64,000 bases of DNA from Minisyncoccota bacterium. Its GTDB lineage: Bacteria; Patescibacteriota; Minisyncoccia; UBA6257; GWB1-50-10. The notes beneath the pieces are model-generated. The model ran no database searches, was not told the DNA's origin, and saw nothing but the letters and a program-made list of their open reading frames with translations. This document shows positions 19,469-29,153 of this stretch, one piece after another. The DNA is taken from the NCBI GenBank assembly GCA_020059915.1, contig JAGVBB010000004.1:2910-66909 (forward strand). The letters run 5' to 3'. The translations under genes were made by a program, and so were the position numbers. Numbering within the stretch: position 1 is the first letter of the stretch; the number at the start of each line of letters is the position of its first letter.

Positions 19469-19699
19469 TAATTTTTTAATAATTCTTTCTGAGGCTCCGA
19501 ACACAAAACAAAATATTGCTAAAAGCCCAAGAAAGATTGATCCTGCATGGTTCGTGTCAAAAATACATGCAGAGACTATTGAAAAACAAATTGCAAAGAA
19601 AAACATTGTCTTTTCTTCCTCTTTAATTGTTAAGTATTCTTATTATACACCTAAACCAGCGAAAAGTCAATATATACAAAATACCCCTATTTCCTATCA

Positions 19700-19745
19700 A
19701 AAATCCCCCGGGAGGGGGGATTCCTGCCTGCCGGTAGGCAGGTTT
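19700..19745 (-). terminator. Intrinsic terminator directly after rpsJ (two GC hairpins, T-run on the minus strand)
   Basis: ATCCCCCGGGAGGGGGGAT and CCTGCCTGCCGGTAGGCAGG lie immediately 3' of the rpsJ stop. On the minus strand they read ...GGGGGATTTTTG. Confidence 0.55.
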
Positions 19746-20072
19746 TTAACTCATTTTTATTTCTACATCTACTCCGGCAGGAAGGTTTAAATCGGTAAGT
19801 GATTCAATAATCTTCTGTTGTGGATTTAAGATATCAATCAATCTCTTGTGAACACGAAGTTCATATTGATCTACTGATTTCTTATGCACAAAGGTCGAAC
19901 GATTTACTGAATATTTTTTGAATTCAGTTGGAAGAGGAATTGGTCCAACCACCTCCCCTCCTTGTCGCTTGATCGCCTCAACAATCTGACGCGCCGAACT
20001 ATCAATAAGTCGTGCATCATATGATTTAATGCGAAGGCGTAATTTTTCTTTTTGAAGTTGCTCTTTTGCCAT
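19746..20072 (-). CDS. rpsJ: 30S ribosomal protein S10
   Basis: LRIKSYDARLIDSSARQIVEA... Confidence 0.9.
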   Translation of the reverse strand: MAKEQLQKEKLRLRIKSYDARLIDSSARQIVEAIKRQGGEVVGPIPLPTEFKKYSVNRSTFVHKKSVDQYELRVHKRLIDILNPQQKIIESLTDLNLPAGVDVEIKMS

Positions 20073-20093
20073 ATCTGATCAAGCGTCGTTAGT

Positions 20094-21293
20094 TTATTTT
20101 AATATTTTGGTTACTGAACCTGCACCTACTGTCTTGCCTCCTTCGCGGATTGCAAAACGTTGCTTCTCTTCAAGCGCAACTGGCGCAATGAGTTTAACAG
20201 TAATAGAAACGGTGTCTCCTGGCATTACCATTTCAACTCCCTCTGGGAGAATAACTTCTCCGGTAACGTCAGTGGTACGAATATAGAACTGTGGTTTATA
20301 TCCCTTGAAGAATGGGGTGTGTCGTCCACCTTCTTCTTTTGAAAGAATATATACTTCTGCGGTAAATTCGGTGTGTGGAGTAATTGAACCTGGTTTACAA
20401 ATAACCTGTCCACGCTCAACATCTTCCTTCTTAAGACCGCGGAGAAGAATACCTACGTTGTCTCCTGCCTGTGCTGAATCAAGAAGCTTCTGGAACATTT
20501 CGATTCCGGTCGCTGTTGTTTTCTGCGTTGGGCGAAGTCCAACAATTTCGATTTCGTCGTTTACTTTCAATGTTCCACGTTCTGCACGTCCAGTACAAAC
20601 TGTACCACGTCCTTCAATTGAGAATATATCTTCAATTGGCATAAGGAATGGCTTCTCTGTCTCACGAACTGGCTCTGGGATGTAATCATCACATGCCTGA
20701 ATGAGATCTAAGATTGGCTTTACTGCTGGATCTTCTAAGTCTTTTGCCTCGAGAGCTTTCAATGCTGATCCACGAATTACTGGCGCTGTTGCACCATCAA
20801 ACTGGTACTTGGTCAAAAGTTCACGAACTTCTGATTCAACAAGATCAATAAGATCTGGATCATCAACCATATCACACTTGTTCAAAAATACTACGATTTT
20901 AGGAACACCAACCTGGTGAGCAAGCAAAATGTGCTCACGTGTCTGAGGCATCGGTCCATCGGTTGCTGCAACCACGAGGATTGCACCATCCATCTGAGCC
21001 GCACCGGTGATCATGTTCTTGATATAGTCAGCGTGTCCAGGAGCATCAATGTGCGCATAGTGACGCTTTTCTGACTCATACTCTGAGTGGTGAAGTGCAA
21101 TGGTAATACCACGCGCTTTTTCTTCAGGAGCATTGTCAATGTTATCAACACCTTCTGCTTTCTTTGCGAGACCTTTTTTAAATAATACGTTGGTAATAGC
21201 CGCGGTAAGAGTTGTCTTCCCGTGGTCAACGTGTCCGATGGTACCAATGTTCACGTGTGGTTTGGTACGCTGGAATTTTTCTTTTTCTGCCAT
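20094..21293 (-). CDS. tuf: Elongation factor Tu
   Basis: [27 protein letters not shown]. Confidence 0.95.
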   Translation of the reverse strand: MAEKEKFQRTKPHVNIGTIGHVDHGKTTLTAAITNVLFKKGLAKKAEGVDNIDNAPEEKARGITIALHHSEYESEKRHYAHIDAPGHADYIKNMITGAAQMDGAILVVAATDGPMPQTREHILLAHQVGVPKIVVFLNKCDMVDDPDLIDLVESEVRELLTKYQFDGATAPVIRGSALKALEAKDLEDPAVKPILDLIQACDDYIPEPVRETEKPFLMPIEDIFSIEGRGTVCTGRAERGTLKVNDEIEIVGLRPTQKTTATGIEMFQKLLDSAQAGDNVGILLRGLKKEDVERGQVICKPGSITPHTEFTAEVYILSKEEGGRHTPFFKGYKPQFYIRTTDVTGEVILPEGVEMVMPGDTVSITVKLIAPVALEEKQRFAIREGGKTVGAGSVTKILK

Positions 21294-21525
21294 TTGTATA
21301 AAATGAGTTTTTTTATATATTAGATTTCGACCTCTAATTAATTTCTAGACAGGAATTATCTTCGCTTATTCAACGAAAAAAGTCAACCCCGTTATGTGTT
21401 CAACAATAACGGGGTGTATCCCTCTTCGTTATGCTGGACTAAACAGGATGAACCTCACTGAAAGTTTCCTCCCTATCTGCACTTAGTATAGCAAATAAGA
21501 AAAAGAAAATGAATATAAAGATGTA

Positions 21526-22275
21526 TTAAAAAGACATTGGCATCACCTCCCCTGTCTCTATTTTCCAAGAATAATAAATTTGAGCATCATAATCTCCAGA
21601 CCCATTACATGCACGAGGCATGTCAACAAATTGTAAATACTCATCTCCATCAAATCGATATCCTCCCATTTCTGCCTGCCACACACCAGTACCGGTTTCA
21701 TATGATCGCTGTATATCTGGATAAAAAAGTTTTCCGGAGATTAAATCAACAACTCCAAGCATGAGATCTTTTTTACACTCCCCATTGTCACGAACATATT
21801 GAAATGCAGCATATTTTTTCTTTGGAGAAAAAATAATTCCACTTCCAATGTTTTTTATTCCACTATTTTTTGTAAGTGGTTTATATGAAAGATTTTTTCC
21901 TGATACAATTCCAAAATCACCAAGATCATCTGTGTGATGAATGACAACAAAAAACTGATCACCTGTTTTTCCTATCTGATGAACCGAAGAAAATGATGCA
22001 TCGGGGATTCCAATAACCTGATTGGATACGCTTCCAACAATAGCTCCATCCGAATATATGAACACCCCCTTGTCTTCGTTAATTTTTGCTGTATATATTG
22101 GATCTTTTTTGATAACCTCAACAGAACTCGTCGCAATCGTAGTGGTAGTATTCTCCTCGAGAGAATTACCGCTCTGTGTCGCATCTGGTTTGGTTGGTTG
22201 CGCAACAAATAACATATATGCCCCTATACCGAGGAGTAATGAAACAAGCGCAACAATAACTATCTTTTTGTGCAT
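21526..22275 (-). CDS. Hypothetical secreted or membrane-anchored protein (249 aa)
   Basis: N-terminal transmembrane or signal segment, then a Thr-rich linker, no family recognised. It is inserted between fusA and tuf. Confidence 0.5.
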   Translation of the reverse strand: MHKKIVIVALVSLLLGIGAYMLFVAQPTKPDATQSGNSLEENTTTTIATSSVEVIKKDPIYTAKINEDKGVFIYSDGAIVGSVSNQVIGIPDASFSSVHQIGKTGDQFFVVIHHTDDLGDFGIVSGKNLSYKPLTKNSGIKNIGSGIIFSPKKKYAAFQYVRDNGECKKDLMLGVVDLISGKLFYPDIQRSYETGTGVWQAEMGGYRFDGDEYLQFVDMPRACNGSGDYDAQIYYSWKIETGEVMPMSF

Positions 22276-22326
22276 ATATAACGATATTATAACGGTTTTT
22301 TTTATTTACTCAAATGTAATAGTAAT

Positions 22327-22354
22327 TAAAAACCCCCGCATAACGGGGATTTTC
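22327..22354 (-). terminator. Intrinsic terminator after fusA
   Basis: The minus strand reads ATCCCCGTTATGCGGGGGTTTTTAAT. Confidence 0.6.
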
Positions 22355-22381
22355 TAAATACTAATAACTAAAATCTGTTCT

Positions 22382-24496
22382 CTATTTCTTCTGTCTTCCC
22401 TCAATGATGGTCTGCGCAACATTGTTTGGAACCTCCTCATAATGTGAAAATTCCATATTGAAACTTCCCCGTCCCTGCGTGAATGAACGAAGGTTGGTTA
22501 CATATCCAAACATTTCAGCGAGTGGTACGGTTGCATCAACAATACGAAGATTTCCACGCTCCCCCATTGAAGAAATTTTTCCTCGGCGAGAACTTAAATC
22601 CCCTGTGATATCACCCAAAAAGTCTGCTGGAGCAATAACCTGGATTTTCATCACTGGCTCTAACAATACAAGCTTTGCAAGTTTTGTTGCTTCTTGAAGT
22701 GCCATAGAAGCCGCAATTTTGAATGCAAATTCAGATGAGTCAACTTCGTGGAATGATCCGTCGTATAAAGTGACTTTAAGGTCAACAAGCTGGAATCCTG
22801 CAAGTACACCGCGCTCCAATGCTTCCTTCACACCTTTTTCGGTAGGAGCAATATATTCTTGTGGAATAACACCACCCTTAATTTCATCAACGAATTCAAA
22901 TCCTGCACCACGTTCCATTGGGTCTACTTTCAATTTCACATGACCATACTGACCCTTTCCTCCTGACTGACGGATGTACTTTCCTTCCGCCTCAGCATGA
23001 TTTTTAATTGTTTCTTTGTATGCAACCTGTGGACGTCCAACATTCGCCTCAACTTTGAATTCACGACGCATACGTTCAACCAACACATCAAGGTGAAGCT
23101 CACCCATACCAGCAATAATAGTCTCACCCGTCTCTGCATTTCCAGAAACACGGAATGTTGGATCTTCTTCTGCAAGCTTGCGAAGTGCAATACCCATTTT
23201 TTCCTGGTCAGCCTTTGTCTTTGGTTCAACACGGACCTCAATAACTGGCTCTGGGAATGTGATGCTCTCAAGTACTATTGGGTGTTCTGGGTCGGTTAAT
23301 GTGTCTCCTGTTGTGGTATTTTTAAGACCAACAAGCGCTCCCAAATCTCCCGCATAAATCTCATCTACTTCTTCACGATGGTTTGCGTGCATACGCATAA
23401 TACGTCCAATTCGTTCTTGTGAATTCTTTTTTGTATTCAAAATATAACTTCCCTTTTTTAGTGTTCCTGAATATACACGGAAAAATGTAAGCGAACCAAC
23501 AAACGGATCTGTAGCAACTTTGAATGCAAGTGCAGAAAGCGGATCCTTGTCATCTGGATGTCTTTCTTCTTCTGCTCCTGTATCAGGATTTACTCCCTTA
23601 ATTGGAGGAAGATCTATTGGTGATGGCATGTAATCAATTACTGCATCAAGCATTAATTGAACTCCTTTATTTTTTAACGCTGATCCACAAAGTACTGGAA
23701 CGAGACGTACCGCAAGCGTTGCCTTACGAAGTGCACTTTTTAATTCAGCAAGTGTTGGTGTTACCCCATCAAGAAACTTTGCAATAAGCACATCATCTGT
23801 TTCACAGATTCTTTCAACTGCCTCGTGGTGTAACTTTTCTGCTTTTTCTTTATATTCGTCAGGAATAGGAATCTCTATAAGTTTTTCTCCTTTTTCTCCT
23901 TCTGAACCATACGCCTTAAGTGTTAATAAATCGATAACACCCTTAAAATTTTCCTCGGTTCCGATTGGATATTGAATAGGAAGTGCGTCGGGGGTTAACC
24001 GCTCAATAATTGATGCAAAACTGTTATCAAAACTTGCACCCATACGATCAAGTTTGTTGATAAAACACATACGAGGCACATGATAGTCATCTGCATATCT
24101 CCAATTGGTTTCTGATTGTGGCTCAACACCAGAAACTCCATCAAATACCACTACCGCACCATCAAGTACGCGAAGTGACCTCTTTACTTCAACAGTAAAA
24201 TCAATGTGTCCAGGAGTATCAATCAAGTTAATACGGTGTTCGTGTGCCTTTCGGTCCGCCTCTGGGTAATATGTTGGAGACCAAAAACAGGTTGTCGCTG
24301 CAGCGGTAATAGTAATTCCGCGCTCTCGTTCCTGATCCATCCAGTCCATAGTTGCTTCTCCTTCGTGTACCTCACCAATTTTGTGAGATATACCAGTGTA
24401 ATACAATACACGTTCAGAAACGGTTGTTTTTCCTGCGTCTATGTGTGCAATAATACCGATATCGCGAGTTCTTTCAATTGAATATTGTCGTGCCAT
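22382..24496 (-). CDS. fusA: Elongation factor G
   Basis: [17 protein letters not shown], full five-domain length. Confidence 0.95.
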   Translation of the reverse strand: MARQYSIERTRDIGIIAHIDAGKTTVSERVLYYTGISHKIGEVHEGEATMDWMDQERERGITITAAATTCFWSPTYYPEADRKAHEHRINLIDTPGHIDFTVEVKRSLRVLDGAVVVFDGVSGVEPQSETNWRYADDYHVPRMCFINKLDRMGASFDNSFASIIERLTPDALPIQYPIGTEENFKGVIDLLTLKAYGSEGEKGEKLIEIPIPDEYKEKAEKLHHEAVERICETDDVLIAKFLDGVTPTLAELKSALRKATLAVRLVPVLCGSALKNKGVQLMLDAVIDYMPSPIDLPPIKGVNPDTGAEEERHPDDKDPLSALAFKVATDPFVGSLTFFRVYSGTLKKGSYILNTKKNSQERIGRIMRMHANHREEVDEIYAGDLGALVGLKNTTTGDTLTDPEHPIVLESITFPEPVIEVRVEPKTKADQEKMGIALRKLAEEDPTFRVSGNAETGETIIAGMGELHLDVLVERMRREFKVEANVGRPQVAYKETIKNHAEAEGKYIRQSGGKGQYGHVKLKVDPMERGAGFEFVDEIKGGVIPQEYIAPTEKGVKEALERGVLAGFQLVDLKVTLYDGSFHEVDSSEFAFKIAASMALQEATKLAKLVLLEPVMKIQVIAPADFLGDITGDLSSRRGKISSMGERGNLRIVDATVPLAEMFGYVTNLRSFTQGRGSFNMEFSHYEEVPNNVAQTIIEGRQKK

Positions 24497-24530
24497 ATAA
24501 GTTGTTTAATATAGTAATAAAAAATTAGAG

Positions 24531-24560
24531 AATGAGAACGGTCGTTTGGCCGTTCTCATT
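24531..24560 (-). terminator. 11-bp perfect hairpin plus U-run between rpsG and fusA (attenuator-like)
   Basis: AATGAGAACGG...CCGTTCTCATT. On the minus strand it is followed by CTCTAATTTTTT. Confidence 0.4.
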
Positions 24561-24574
24561 GTGTTGAATCTATC

Positions 24575-25054
24575 TTACGACCCTGACCTGATGAGTGAGG
24601 CAAATGCTCTATTTGCTTCTGCCATTCTGTGCGTATCCTGTTTCTTCTTAATTGCAACACCTTCATTCTTTGATGCGGCAATCAACTCATCTGCCAAGCG
24701 ATCCGCCATTGGCTTTCCTTTTTTTCCTCGTGCAGCATTAATAATCCAATGGGTTGCCAAGAAAAATTTTCTTTCTGGTCGAACCTCCCGAGGAATTTGA
24801 TAGTTTGCTCCTCCAATTCTTTTTGAAACGATTTCAAGAAGTGGTGTTGCATTTTCAATACCTTTTTCAAAAACAGAAATTGGTTCTTCTTTGGTTATTT
24901 CCTTTATGCGCTGTAACGCATCATACACAACTTTCTCTGCAATGCTCTTTTTTCCATCAACCATGAGATAGTTTATGAACCGAGAAACATCAGTTCTGCT
25001 ATGTTTTACATCGGACACTACATCCCTTTTTACAACGTTAGATTTTTTTCTCAT
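24575..25054 (-). CDS. rpsG: 30S ribosomal protein S7
   Basis: Conserved S7 (LMVDGKKSIAEK...IEIVSKRIGGANYQIP). Confidence 0.9.
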   Translation of the reverse strand: MRKKSNVVKRDVVSDVKHSRTDVSRFINYLMVDGKKSIAEKVVYDALQRIKEITKEEPISVFEKGIENATPLLEIVSKRIGGANYQIPREVRPERKFFLATHWIINAARGKKGKPMADRLADELIAASKNEGVAIKKKQDTHRMAEANRAFASLIRSGS

Positions 25055-25059
25055 AAATA

Positions 25060-25479
25060 TTATTTAACAGCTTTTTTAAATTTCGCCCCATATTTTGAAC
25101 GTTGTTGTTTTCTCTTATCAACACCAGCAGTATCAAGAACACCACGAACAATGTGATAACGAACACCCGGAAGATCTTTTACACGCCCTCCACGAATCAT
25201 AACAACTGAGTGTTCCTGAAGATTGTGTCCTTCACCAGGAATATAAGCGGTTACTTCCATCCCATTTGTTAAACGAACACGGGCAACCTTTCGAAGTGCT
25301 GAGTTTGGTTTCTTTGGAGTGGTGGTAAATACTTTCAAACACACACCTCGCTTGAATGGCGACGGAGAATCTTTTGGTTGATTCTTTAAATAATTAAAAT
25401 AAGTAGTTAAACCAGGCGATTTGTCTTTTTTCGCTTGTGAGTGACGTCCTTTTTTTATCAGCTGTCCAATAGTTGGCAT
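25060..25479 (-). CDS. rpsL: 30S ribosomal protein S12
   Basis: [12 protein letters not shown]...[11 protein letters not shown]. Confidence 0.95.
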   Translation of the reverse strand: MPTIGQLIKKGRHSQAKKDKSPGLTTYFNYLKNQPKDSPSPFKRGVCLKVFTTTPKKPNSALRKVARVRLTNGMEVTAYIPGEGHNLQEHSVVMIRGGRVKDLPGVRYHIVRGVLDTAGVDKRKQQRSKYGAKFKKAVK

Positions 25480-25541
25480 TTGAATTAAATCTTAAATCAA
25501 GACCTAGTATAAGGGAACACTAAGAAATGGTCAAGTTTTTA

Positions 25542-26168
25542 TTAGAATAATGATGTTCCTAATAACAACTGAACGACCCATAATATCGGTTTTGAAAGCA
25601 TATCAATCCCAAAAATAATAAAGAAAAGTAAAATATACCATCCATATTGATCAAGAAATGCTTCAACCGTATGTGCATTACGAGGAAGTAAGTAGAAAAG
25701 TATTTTTGATCCATCAAGCGGCGGGATGGGGATAAGATTGAATAACGCAAGTGAAATGTTGATAATCACAATGATGGCAAAAAGCGTACCAATGGGACCA
25801 CCAACAAACCGAAACAAAACAGCAAAAATAATAGCAAGTATAAAATTACTTGCGGGGCCAGCGAATGCAAGGAGTGCAGCATCTCTCCGAGGATATTTTA
25901 AAAACATCGGATTGTAGGGAACTGGTTTTGCCCAACCAAATATTGGACCGTGGTAGCCTTTAATGAAAAATGATGGCAATAAAAGCGCAAGTGGTAATAA
26001 GATAGAACCAAATGGGTCTATGTGTTTTATTGGGTTGAGTGTCAAACGCCCCAACTTCCGTGCCGTTGGATCACCTAATTTTTCTGCTACAAGTCCATGG
26101 GACACCTCATGTATCACTACAGAAAAGATAAGAACAACAAATTGAAAAATAGTAAGCAATATCTCCAT
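25542..26168 (-). CDS. M50-family (site-2 protease-like) membrane zinc metalloprotease
   Basis: HEVSHG HExxH motif inside a transmembrane segment, followed by LNPIKHIDPFGS and a polytopic membrane topology. Confidence 0.7.
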   Translation of the reverse strand: MEILLTIFQFVVLIFSVVIHEVSHGLVAEKLGDPTARKLGRLTLNPIKHIDPFGSILLPLALLLPSFFIKGYHGPIFGWAKPVPYNPMFLKYPRRDAALLAFAGPASNFILAIIFAVLFRFVGGPIGTLFAIIVIINISLALFNLIPIPPLDGSKILFYLLPRNAHTVEAFLDQYGWYILLFFIIFGIDMLSKPILWVVQLLLGTSLF

Positions 26169-26264
26169 ATCGTATCTAGATATTGTACTGGTATATCAAA
26201 AAAAATGAAATAATCTTTTAGTGGGATTGACTACAATAAAGAAACAATTTACACTGAACGAATT

Positions 26265-26447
26265 ATGAGAGCGTGTGAAAAGTGTGCAAAATCATATGAG
26301 ATGGGTGGAACTCGCGTAAAGTTACGTGGAAAATATAATCCAACCAACTGGAGTAAAAAGAAGGCAAACCTTCAGTGGACTTCCCTATTAGTAAAAGGAA
26401 AGCGTTCTCTTGTCTGTACCAAGTGTCTCCGAACTCTATCAAAGTAA
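26265..26447 (+). CDS. rpmB: 50S ribosomal protein L28
   Basis: 60 aa. CEKCAK...VCTKC zinc-ribbon L28 fold with a basic KRR-like segment. Confidence 0.75.
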   Translation: MRACEKCAKSYEMGGTRVKLRGKYNPTNWSKKKANLQWTSLLVKGKRSLVCTKCLRTLSK

Positions 26448-26480
26448 AAAATCCCCGCATTAGCGGGAATTTTTTATTTT
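26446..26480. terminator. Intrinsic terminator after rpmB (bidirectional)
   Basis: AAAAATCCCCGCATTAGCGGGAATTTTTTATTTT. Confidence 0.6.
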
Positions 26481-26501
26481 GTCACTGTTATAAAATTTTA
26501 T

Positions 26502-26601
26502 TTTTTGTCGGCACTTCACACTGCTGTGCTCAGCACCTCCTTCGCCTTCGCTTTTTGTCGGCACTTCACACTGCTGTGCTCAGCACCTCCTTCGCCTTCG
26601 C
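26502..26601. repeat. Exact 50-bp tandem duplication (two copies)
   Basis: TTTTTGTCGGCACTTCACACTGCTGTGCTCAGCACCTCCTTCGCCTTCGC repeated twice with no mismatch. Each unit has a small hairpin (GTGC-TCA-GCAC). On the minus strand each unit carries AAGGAGGTG. Confidence 0.95.
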
Positions 26602-26605
26602 TCAG

Positions 26606-26676
26606 TCGGAGTGCCGAGAATTGAACTCGGGCTACATGCACCCCATGCATGCGTACTACCACTATACGACACTCCG
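26606..26676 (-). tRNA. tRNA-Pro (anticodon GGG)
   Basis: Cloverleaf folded by hand. A 7-bp perfect acceptor stem (CGGAGUG / CACUCCG), then U8. The D-stem is GUAU/GUAC with the loop AGUGGUA. The anticodon stem is CAUGC/GCAUG with the loop AUGGGGU, giving U33, anticodon GGG and G37. The T-stem is CCGAG/CUCGG with the loop UUCAAUU. The discriminator is A, and CCA is not encoded. The region is locally GC-rich in an AT-rich genome. Confidence 0.8.
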
Positions 26677-26825
26677 AAAAATAATTTGAAAAACTCCATA
26701 CAACATCCAATAGATGATACTAACAAGAATACATTAACAAAAAATTATTTTCTACCTCTCACAATTACTTATATAAATAAAAAATATCTTTTTTATTTTT
26801 TATTTGTGGAGTATTATAAATTTAT

Positions 26826-27830
26826 ATGGAAGATCAACGAACGTGTTTGATTCTTTATAACTCATGGGGAAGTGGGCAAAATGCAACTGTTGCAGATGAG
26901 TTTGAGGCAACAAACAATGATAGGAGTGAGGTTGAATATCTTCGAGCGGTTATAAAAGATTTGGGGTTCTCTGTACGTGTCATGGGGGTCCGCAGATTTA
27001 CTGCTCCTACTGTTCAAAAAATTCAAGACATCAATCCCGATGTTATTTTCAATCTTTGTGAAGCATTCAATGAAGAAAGTATTGGCGAATCATATATCGC
27101 TGGTTTTTTTGAACTTCTAAAAATTCCTTATACCGGATCTCCACCACTTGCGCTTGCTTTAGCATTAAACAAGAAGCGAACAAAACAAATTCTTAAATCT
27201 GCAGGAATTCCAGTCCCCTATGGTGTTGTCGTTGATGTCGAAGAAGCTCCAAATTTAGAAGATCTCACACCACCATATATCGTGAAGCCAATTCGTGAAG
27301 ATGGCAGTGCTGGTATTACCTCAAAATCAGTAACATCAGACACCGACGAGGTAATTGCATTAGTAGAGAAAATTCACAAAGAATACGAACAGGCAGCAAT
27401 CGTAGAAGAATACATAGAGGGACGTGAGTTAACCGTTCCCATTATCGGAGATAAACATCCAAAGGTTCTTGCTATAGGCGAAATGGATTTTTCCTCACTT
27501 CCAAAAAAAGATCCAAAAATTATCACCTATCGTGGAAAATGGGACGCACACGATCCACTTGATCACAATTATCCAGCAGAACTTGATAATGGACTCCAAA
27601 AACGAATTGAAAAAATTGCATTAAAAGCATTTAAAGAAATTGGGGCACGGGACTATGCGCGTGTTGATATTCGTCTTGCAGAAAACCGCAGACCATATGT
27701 CATTGAGGTAAATGCAAATCCACTCATTTCACCAGAGGCGGGATTTGCAACTGCCGCAGAAATTTCTGGATTGAAATACAAAGAAGTTATTCAAACAATT
27801 CTTGAAAGTGCTCTTTCAAGAAAGAAATAA
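26826..27830 (+). CDS. ddl: D-alanine--D-alanine ligase family ATP-grasp enzyme
   Basis: ATP-grasp fold. C-terminal ARVDIRL...YVIEVNANP motif is typical of Ddl. Confidence 0.7.
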   Translation: MEDQRTCLILYNSWGSGQNATVADEFEATNNDRSEVEYLRAVIKDLGFSVRVMGVRRFTAPTVQKIQDINPDVIFNLCEAFNEESIGESYIAGFFELLKIPYTGSPPLALALALNKKRTKQILKSAGIPVPYGVVVDVEEAPNLEDLTPPYIVKPIREDGSAGITSKSVTSDTDEVIALVEKIHKEYEQAAIVEEYIEGRELTVPIIGDKHPKVLAIGEMDFSSLPKKDPKIITYRGKWDAHDPLDHNYPAELDNGLQKRIEKIALKAFKEIGARDYARVDIRLAENRRPYVIEVNANPLISPEAGFATAAEISGLKYKEVIQTILESALSRKK

Positions 27831-27859
27831 AAAAAACCGCTCTAAAGCGGTTTTTTTAT
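27828..27859. terminator. Bidirectional terminator between convergent ddl and ldcA
   Basis: AAAAAAAACCGCTCTAAAGCGGTTTTTTTATC. Confidence 0.65.
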
Positions 27860-27861
27860 CA

Positions 27862-28845
27862 TTAATCATCAAGATATTTTTCGGCAATAGAAAGTTTCCC
27901 AACGCGCCCAACTTTCGGACAATCTAATGATGCCTCTGCGCCAACAGGAAGTGTAAGTGATGGAACATCATGTCCAAAATCAACTCCATATAACACAGGA
28001 AAATTAAATCCTTCGGTTGCCTTTAAAATAACATCTTCAATGGTAAGAGATTTATCAAGATCGGACCATGACTCTCCCTCATCATCAATTGGATATAAGT
28101 TGGTAATTTTTCCAACAACTAGACCTTCTATTTTTTTGAATACCTTTGCTACACGCAATCTCCACAAGTAGTTGTCAATACCTTCAATGGTTTCATCTAC
28201 TTCCTCAATAAACAAAATCTTCCCATCCCACTTTGGTTCATATGGTGTGCCCATCAAACTCAACATAATATTCAAGTTTCCTCCAATAAGTTTTCCTTCA
28301 GCGCGCCCCGGCTTCAAAACCTTCCATTCGGTAAATCCAGAAAGATTCCCCGCCTCACCTTTTATGAGAGTATTTTTAAAATTCTTCAATGTAAATTTTC
28401 CACCCTTCGTATCTTTATCAAGTCCCTGAATCATAGGGCCATGAAAAGTTATTAATCCAGTTCGCTCGGTTATTGCAGTAAGTAATGTAGTTATATCAGA
28501 GTATCCAACAAATATTTTTGGATTTTTCCTAATTGCATCCCAATCAATATCAGGAAGTAACTGAATTGATGCATATCCTCCACTGGTGCAGAATATCGCC
28601 CTGACCTCATCGTCTAAGAACATTGCATGGAGATCCTGCAATCTATCAGCACGAGTCCCTGCAAGATAACCCCCATGAACCTCAAGCGCTTTTGGCCCAA
28701 GTTTTGGCTTGAATCCTAGTGATTCCAAAATCTTCATACCCCGAGAAAGGTCTTTTTTTGAGGAAACAGAAGTAGAAGGTGAAATAATCCCTACAACATC
28801 TCCCTGGCGAAGTTTTGGTGGTTTTATGACGACTTTTGGTTCCAT
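27862..28845 (-). CDS. ldcA: LD-carboxypeptidase (S66 family, LdcA-like)
   Basis: Ser nucleophile motif VGYSDITTL plus a conserved His and Glu. The start is taken at MEPKVV. The track ORF extends to 28887. Confidence 0.75.
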   Translation of the reverse strand: MEPKVVIKPPKLRQGDVVGIISPSTSVSSKKDLSRGMKILESLGFKPKLGPKALEVHGGYLAGTRADRLQDLHAMFLDDEVRAIFCTSGGYASIQLLPDIDWDAIRKNPKIFVGYSDITTLLTAITERTGLITFHGPMIQGLDKDTKGGKFTLKNFKNTLIKGEAGNLSGFTEWKVLKPGRAEGKLIGGNLNIMLSLMGTPYEPKWDGKILFIEEVDETIEGIDNYLWRLRVAKVFKKIEGLVVGKITNLYPIDDEGESWSDLDKSLTIEDVILKATEGFNFPVLYGVDFGHDVPSLTLPVGAEASLDCPKVGRVGKLSIAEKYLDD

Positions 28846-28924
28846 AGTTGTACCCCTAATGTAGGCAGGATTGCCCCCACATGTCAAAGTTGACGACTTT
28901 GCTAAATTGTTGTTTTAAAAATAC

Positions 28925-29100
28925 TACCTATGCTCAATATACGAAAAACCCCCTCCTATTTCTTTGGACTGGGGCCTTTCGCATCCTACCCATAAAGGCT
29001 ATCCGGCATGGTGCCAGGTGGGTTCCATTTATCACAGAGTTCCGAACGAATCAGCAACTTCCGTGCTCATCAGGATCCCGTAAGTACGATATTTGATCAG
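28925..29100 (-). ncRNA. GC-rich structured RNA candidate, either a stand-alone sRNA or a cis-regulatory leader of ldcA. Class not identified.
   Basis: A roughly 170-nt island that is much more GC-rich than its surroundings and has no ORF on either strand. It contains local helices (GCCTTT...AAAGGC, CTGGCACCATGCCGG). On the minus strand it may end in a weak hairpin (CCCC...GGGG, 17-nt loop) plus a T-run, about 80 nt before the ldcA start. A promoter lies about 20 nt upstream. Confidence 0.35.
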
Positions 29101-29126
29101 AAACCTTTAGAAGTAGGACTAATTTC

Positions 29127-29153
29127 ATTATAACAGATTAACTCAAAGTTCAA
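29127..29153 (-). promoter_or_regulatory. Candidate promoter driving the GC-rich element and ldcA
   Basis: The minus strand reads TTGAAC, a 15-nt spacer, then TGTTATAAT (extended -10). Confidence 0.4.

Noticed and set aside
19554-19790. 78-aa ORF in the rpsJ-rplC spacer
   Set aside because: It runs through two terminator hairpins and into rpsJ, with no start context. It is probably not coding.
26263-26460. 65-aa minus-strand ORF
   Set aside because: It is antisense to the plus-strand ORF, which has the recognisable L28 zinc-ribbon sequence
26530-26600. CACCTCCTT (identical to the 16S rRNA 3' anti-SD tail) present in each 50-bp repeat unit
   Set aside because: A 9-nt match is too short to imply rRNA origin. 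It is noted only as a curiosity. The complementary AAGGAGGTG on the tRNA strand is not followed by a plausible ORF.
26502-26601. Possible CRISPR array
   Set aside because: There are only two contiguous identical 50-bp units with no spacers, so this is a tandem duplication and not a repeat-spacer array. No cas genes are nearby.
28925-29100. Hammerhead-ribozyme-like CUGAUGAG ... GAAA motifs in the GC-rich element (minus strand)
   Set aside because: The intervening sequence does not form the required helix II (only 3 bp pair). No UH cleavage-site or helix I-III arrangement could be built by hand.
28925-29100. SRP (4.5S), tmRNA or RNase P identity for the GC-rich element
   Set aside because: The conserved GGAAGGAAGCAGCC (SRP), T-arm GGTTCGAATCC (tmRNA) and P4 AGGAAAGUCCGG (RNase P) signatures are absent on both strands
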